Shown one piece after another: positions 59,733-64,000 of a stretch of 64,000 nucleotides of DNA. How positions within the stretch are numbered: the stretch's first letter is position 1; the number at the start of each line of letters is the position of its first letter. The notes below the pieces were generated by a model, which was given only the letters and a program-made list of their open reading frames with translations, was not told the origin of the DNA and made no database searches. A program made the translations under genes and the position numbers. The DNA is from Ilumatobacteraceae bacterium (GTDB taxonomy: Bacteria; Actinomycetota; Acidimicrobiia; Acidimicrobiales; Ilumatobacteraceae): positions 865 through 64,864 of the forward strand of contig SHUT01000001.1 of the NCBI GenBank assembly GCA_009691255.1. Reading direction: 5' to 3'.

Positions 59733-60958
59733 TGATGCAGAACTTAGCGATTGATCCACTGTTGACCGGAGAAGTGTTGTGGACACCGCTCTTGATTGTA
59801 TTGCTCAAAGTTGTTGTGGTATTTGTTGTTGGGTTACTAGCAACGATGCTCATGGTGTGGTTTGAGCGCAAAGTTATTGCTGGCATGCAAAACCGAATAG
59901 GGCCAAATAAGGCAGGACCATTCGGAATATTGCAGACATTGGCGGACGGAATCAAACTCTTCTTCAAAGAAGACCTGATTCCAGAACGTTCTGACCGATT
60001 TGTTTTCAAACTTGCACCCTATTTAGCTTTTGTTCCGGCATTCTTAACGTTTGCGATTATTCCACTCGGCGGAGATTTTCGTGGCGATAAAGATGGTCTC
60101 GTAACATGGTTTGGGCATCAGACACGTGTGCAACTCGCAGATCCGCCCATCGGTATCTTGTTCGCATTAGCGATCTCGTCGATTGCGATTTATGGCATTA
60201 TGTTGGCGGGTTGGTCTAGTGGCTCAAAGTATCCGTTGCTTGGTTCTGTTCGTGCATCTGCACAGATGGTGAGTTACGAAGCAGCACTTGGATTATCAGT
60301 GGCCGCGGTGGTGCTGGTGACTGGAACATTGTCGACAAGCGGAATCGTCGCCAAGCAGAGCACGCTTGGCAACTGGAACGTAATTGTTACCGGAATTGTG
60401 CCGTTCTTTATTTTCATGGTTGCCGCGACAGCAGAACTCAACAGACCACCGTTTGACTTAGTAGAAGCCGAACAAGAACTCGTCGGTGGTTTCAATACCG
60501 AGTATGCCTCATTCCGCTTCGCTCTCTTCTATCTGGCTGAGTTCATGAATACAGTCACTATGTCGGCTCTGATTGTGACGCTCTTCTTCGGAGGACCTCA
60601 ACCGATTTCGGTTGGGTCGACGACAATCGACATCCCGCTCGTTGGCAATGCGCTTGAAGGAACCATTTGGTTGTTGCTCAAGGTGTTGGTTTTCCTTTAC
60701 ATATATGTCTGGTTTCGAGCCACATTGCCGCGCTTTCGTTATGACCAACTTATGAATCTTGGCTGGAAAGTTTTGATACCTGCCTCTCTTGGATGGTTTA
60801 TTTTGTTGGCAGCACAACGCGTTGGGCAAAGTGCCGGGTGGGATCGCTATGTAGTCACTATCTCTACTGCGTTGGTTCTCTTAGTTAGTTACAGCCTGCT
60901 GGTTTTGGCACAGCGCACGAGTACGAACGAACGCAAACGTGATGGAGTGATGTTCTGA
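59732..60958 (+). CDS. nuoH: NADH-quinone oxidoreductase subunit H
   Basis: ERK...[40 protein letters not shown]. Confidence 0.97.
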   Translation: MMQNLAIDPLLTGEVLWTPLLIVLLKVVVVFVVGLLATMLMVWFERKVIAGMQNRIGPNKAGPFGILQTLADGIKLFFKEDLIPERSDRFVFKLAPYLAFVPAFLTFAIIPLGGDFRGDKDGLVTWFGHQTRVQLADPPIGILFALAISSIAIYGIMLAGWSSGSKYPLLGSVRASAQMVSYEAALGLSVAAVVLVTGTLSTSGIVAKQSTLGNWNVIVTGIVPFFIFMVAATAELNRPPFDLVEAEQELVGGFNTEYASFRFALFYLAEFMNTVTMSALIVTLFFGGPQPISVGSTTIDIPLVGNALEGTIWLLLKVLVFLYIYVWFRATLPRFRYDQLMNLGWKVLIPASLGWFILLAAQRVGQSAGWDRYVVTISTALVLLVSYSLLVLAQRTSTNERKRDGVMF

Positions 60959-61641
60959 TGGGTTATTTTGGCGGATTCTTAGTCACACTGCGTCAACACG
61001 GGCGTCGCAATCGGGTAACAACTGAGTACTCGGGTGGCCGTGTTTTTCGGCGCAAGGACTCCGCTAAAAAAGATGAAAAAATCGCTAAGCCAGAGCGTTT
61101 GCATGGTCGTCACGTTCTTAACCGATACGAAGATGGCATGGAAAAATGCATTGGCTGCGAACTCTGTGCTGGCGTGTGCCCTGCAAGATGCATCTATGTT
61201 CGCGGTGCCGATAATGACATCGCTAACCCCACATCACCTGGCGAACGATTTGGTTTTGTCTACGAGATCAATTACTTGCGTTGTATCCACTGCGATCTAT
61301 GCGTCGAAGCGTGCCCAACCGAGGCCATCACCGAGACAAAACTGTTTGAGTTTTCTTTCACGAATCGTCGCGATGCCATCTACACCAAAGACGAATTATT
61401 GGTCGACGATAAGGGTTCACCACAACACTTGCCATGGGAAGACTGGCGTGATGGCGAAGATCTCGATACATCTGGCTGGATGCGTGCAACAGCACCGTCA
61501 GGCAGTGCAGATTTTGAAGGCCTCGTAGCCTGGAGCGGTGAGTTGGGCTATGGAGTCAGAGCTCCCGAACCCCGACAATCAGTTGTCGATGACGATCTTG
61601 ACGATCTTGACGAAGATGCAGCAACGGGGGACGCGCACTAA
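60958..61641 (+). CDS. nuoI: NADH-quinone oxidoreductase subunit I
   Basis: [12 protein letters not shown] and [12 protein letters not shown]. Confidence 0.97.
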   Translation: MGYFGGFLVTLRQHGRRNRVTTEYSGGRVFRRKDSAKKDEKIAKPERLHGRHVLNRYEDGMEKCIGCELCAGVCPARCIYVRGADNDIANPTSPGERFGFVYEINYLRCIHCDLCVEACPTEAITETKLFEFSFTNRRDAIYTKDELLVDDKGSPQHLPWEDWRDGEDLDTSGWMRATAPSGSADFEGLVAWSGELGYGVRAPEPRQSVVDDDLDDLDEDAATGDAH

Positions 61642-62187
61642 ATGGAACTTTTTGTTTTCGTCTGTGCGGCGGCGATGGTGCTCGTGGGGGCTATCGGGGT
61701 TATCACGCGCAACAACCCTGTGCATGCTGCATTAAGTTTGGTTCTTACACTGTTTGGGGTTGCTGTTTTGTTCGTGGCAAACAACGCACACTTTCTGGCT
61801 GCAGTGCAAGTAATCGTTTATGGCGGCGCAATCGTGGTGTTGTTCTTGTTCGTCATCATGTTATTGGGTGTTGACCAGGCAGAGGATTTGTCAACAGAGC
61901 CGTTGACAGTGCAGCGACCACTTGCGCTTGTAGTTGGTGTCGGCGTTGCAGGCGTGATTATCGCCGCAGTCGTCAAATCTCAAGATGCACTGTTCGCTCG
62001 CGGAGCAGGTATTAATTCGGCGACAGTTCAAGACGCTGACGCCAACATTCGACAATTGTCTCGCTCTATCTTTAGCGACTATGTCTTTGCTTTTGAAGTG
62101 ACATCTGTTCTTTTGCTCATTGCTGTTGTCGGCACGGTTGTTATGTCAAGACGCCAACACGGTCACCAGGTGGAGGAGTCGGCATGA
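61642..62187 (+). CDS. nuoJ: NADH-quinone oxidoreductase subunit J
   Basis: [35 protein letters not shown]. Confidence 0.96.
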   Translation: MELFVFVCAAAMVLVGAIGVITRNNPVHAALSLVLTLFGVAVLFVANNAHFLAAVQVIVYGGAIVVLFLFVIMLLGVDQAEDLSTEPLTVQRPLALVVGVGVAGVIIAAVVKSQDALFARGAGINSATVQDADANIRQLSRSIFSDYVFAFEVTSVLLLIAVVGTVVMSRRQHGHQVEESA

Positions 62188-62504
62188 ACATGGCAGTAAT
62201 CGAGCCCACGACTAGTTGGTATCTGATCTTGGCGGCGGTTCTGTTTGGGATCGGAACAGTCGGAGTCATGGTTCGACGAAATCCGTTGGTGATGTTTATG
62301 TGCATTGAACTGATGCTCAACGCCGTGAACCTATCTTTTGTTGCCTTGTCATCATCACTGTCAGACATCAATGGGCAAACTGCGGTTTTCTTTGTGCTTG
62401 TCGTCGCTGCAGCCGAAGTTGTGGTGGGGCTCGGAATAATCGTGTCAATCATGCGCCGACGCAGCGACGCTACGGCCGATGATCTTTCGGTACTGAAGGG
62501 ATAA
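62184..62504 (+). CDS. nuoK: NADH-quinone oxidoreductase subunit K
   Basis: [20 protein letters not shown]. Confidence 0.96.
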   Translation: MNMAVIEPTTSWYLILAAVLFGIGTVGVMVRRNPLVMFMCIELMLNAVNLSFVALSSSLSDINGQTAVFFVLVVAAAEVVVGLGIIVSIMRRRSDATADDLSVLKG

Positions 62505-62509
62505 CCCAG

Positions 62510-64000
62510 ATGCTCGACAATGCATGGCTTATTCCGGCACTCCCACTAGCGGGATTCATCATCATCTTATTGTTCGGTCGCCGACTTGGCGAACCAAAGG
62601 CAGGAGTATTGGCCACCTTGATGACGGCAGGCTCTTTTGCAGTCGCTATCGGTGTCTTTTTCGCAATGCTTTCACGCGCACATGAAGACCGCCATCACGT
62701 AATAACACTATTTTCGTGGCTGCCGGTTGGCTCACTACACGTAGACATGGCGCTTTTGGTTGATCCCCTAAGTATCACGATGGCACTATTCATCACGGGT
62801 ATTGGTGCGCTGATTCATCTATATGCAATCGGATATATGCACGGAGACCCTAAGTTCTCAAAGTTCTTTTTGTATCTCAATCTCTTTATTTTTTCGATGT
62901 TGATGTTGGTGCTCGGGGAAAACCTATTGGTCACTTTCTTGGGATGGGAAGGCGTCGGTGCATGTTCGTATTTCCTGATTTCTTTCTGGCACACACAAGA
63001 TTCGGCAGCAACTGCAGGCAAGAAGGCTTTCGTCACGAACAGGGTCGGCGACTGGGGCGTGATGGTTGCAATGTTGATGGCTTTTTCAGCTGTCGGAACA
63101 TTGTCGTACTCGGGTATTAATGAAGCAGCCGAGTCTGGTCATCTTGCAACCGTCACTGCGACGGGTATTGCGCTAATGCTCTTTGTCGGAGCATGCGGAA
63201 AAAGTGCACAACTCCCCCTCTATTTATGGCTGCCCGATGCCATGGAAGGACCGACTCCCGTGTCGGCACTGATCCATGCCGCAACGATGGTTACCTCTGG
63301 CGTGTTCTTGATGACACGAATTAATCCTGTTCTACACGTGTCGTATCACTGGGCCATGACAATCATTGCGGTCGTCGGAGCCGCAACGGCATTGTTCGCC
63401 GCAACAGTGGCAGTTGCCCAAACAGATATCAAGAAAGTGCTGGCCTATAGCACGGTGTCGCAACTTGGATTCATGTTCTTAGCAGTCGGATCAGGTGCGT
63501 ATGTCGCAGCAATTTTTCACATGGTGACGCATGCCTTCTTTAAGGCTCTGTTGTTCTTGGGTTCTGGTGCGGTCATCCATGGGATGCATCACCAACAAGA
63601 CATGCGTCGAATGGGTGCGCTACGCAAGGTGATGCCCATTACGGCGATGACGTTTATCGTCGGCTGGTTGGCAATTGCCGGAGTTCCACCATTTGCTGGC
63701 TTTTGGTCCAAAGACGAAATCTTGTTGTATGTCTATGCCAATAATCGTGGGCTCTATTTGGTTGGTGTGATTACCGCGTTGTTGACTGCGTATTACATGA
63801 CGCGACAAGTGATCATGGTGTTTTACGGAGAAGCACGTTGGCATGACCATAGCCAAGAACATGGCGCCCACGGAGACTCAACACCACACGAAAGTCCGTG
63901 GATCATGTTGGCGCCACTTGTGGTGCTCGCTGGATTGGCAATTGCTGGTGGATTACTGCAACTTCCGTTTTCTTCGAAGACACATTTCTTGGAGCATTGG
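62510..64000 (+). CDS. nuoL: NADH-quinone oxidoreductase subunit L (3'-truncated by the window)
   Basis: Own translation: MLDNAWLIPALPL..., GWEGVG, KSAQLPL..WLPDAMEGPTPVSALIHAATMV, HAFFKALLFLGSG. Confidence 0.96.
   Translation, partial: MLDNAWLIPALPLAGFIIILLFGRRLGEPKAGVLATLMTAGSFAVAIGVFFAMLSRAHEDRHHVITLFSWLPVGSLHVDMALLVDPLSITMALFITGIGALIHLYAIGYMHGDPKFSKFFLYLNLFIFSMLMLVLGENLLVTFLGWEGVGACSYFLISFWHTQDSAATAGKKAFVTNRVGDWGVMVAMLMAFSAVGTLSYSGINEAAESGHLATVTATGIALMLFVGACGKSAQLPLYLWLPDAMEGPTPVSALIHAATMVTSGVFLMTRINPVLHVSYHWAMTIIAVVGAATALFAATVAVAQTDIKKVLAYSTVSQLGFMFLAVGSGAYVAAIFHMVTHAFFKALLFLGSGAVIHGMHHQQDMRRMGALRKVMPITAMTFIVGWLAIAGVPPFAGFWSKDEILLYVYANNRGLYLVGVITALLTAYYMTRQVIMVFYGEARWHDHSQEHGAHGDSTPHESPWIMLAPLVVLAGLAIAGGLLQLPFSSKTHFLEHW

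Overview
64 kb of core chromosome from an actinobacterium, most likely Acidimicrobiia (Ilumatobacter-like); the lineage is inferred from gene content and order (mshA, glnR, glnII, rex-hemA, meaA, ask-asd) and from moderate GC, and was not checked against a database. I found no rRNA, tRNA, CRISPR, prophage or IS element. The left half holds housekeeping and metabolic genes: xseAB, a polyprenyl synthase, meaA/ecm, aat, ask-asd, Fe-S assembly genes, a glnII-glnA2-glnR nitrogen cluster, nadE, mshA and proC. The right half (38-64 kb) is one respiratory super-cluster: rex-hemACDBL, a MenJ-like reductase, a divergent cytochrome c, and an apparently continuous operon. That operon encodes a 2[4Fe-4S] ferredoxin, a split b6f-type Rieske/cytochrome b complex (heme ci Cys, APWY in place of PEWY), a diheme cytochrome c and two unknown membrane proteins, and runs directly into nuoA-L. 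The most striking signal is an 11-residue N-terminal peptide, MTEIPEHLLKR, shared by two unrelated membrane redox proteins with mostly synonymous codon differences, which suggests a selected docking motif. Other notable items are a candidate structured ncRNA or attenuator before a SAM-hydrolase gene, an RsiG-like c-di-GMP-motif protein, a deletion-fused ArsA/Get3 pseudogene pair, an enzyme/pseudo-enzyme hydrolase pair, small ORFs and pervasive leaderless promoters.
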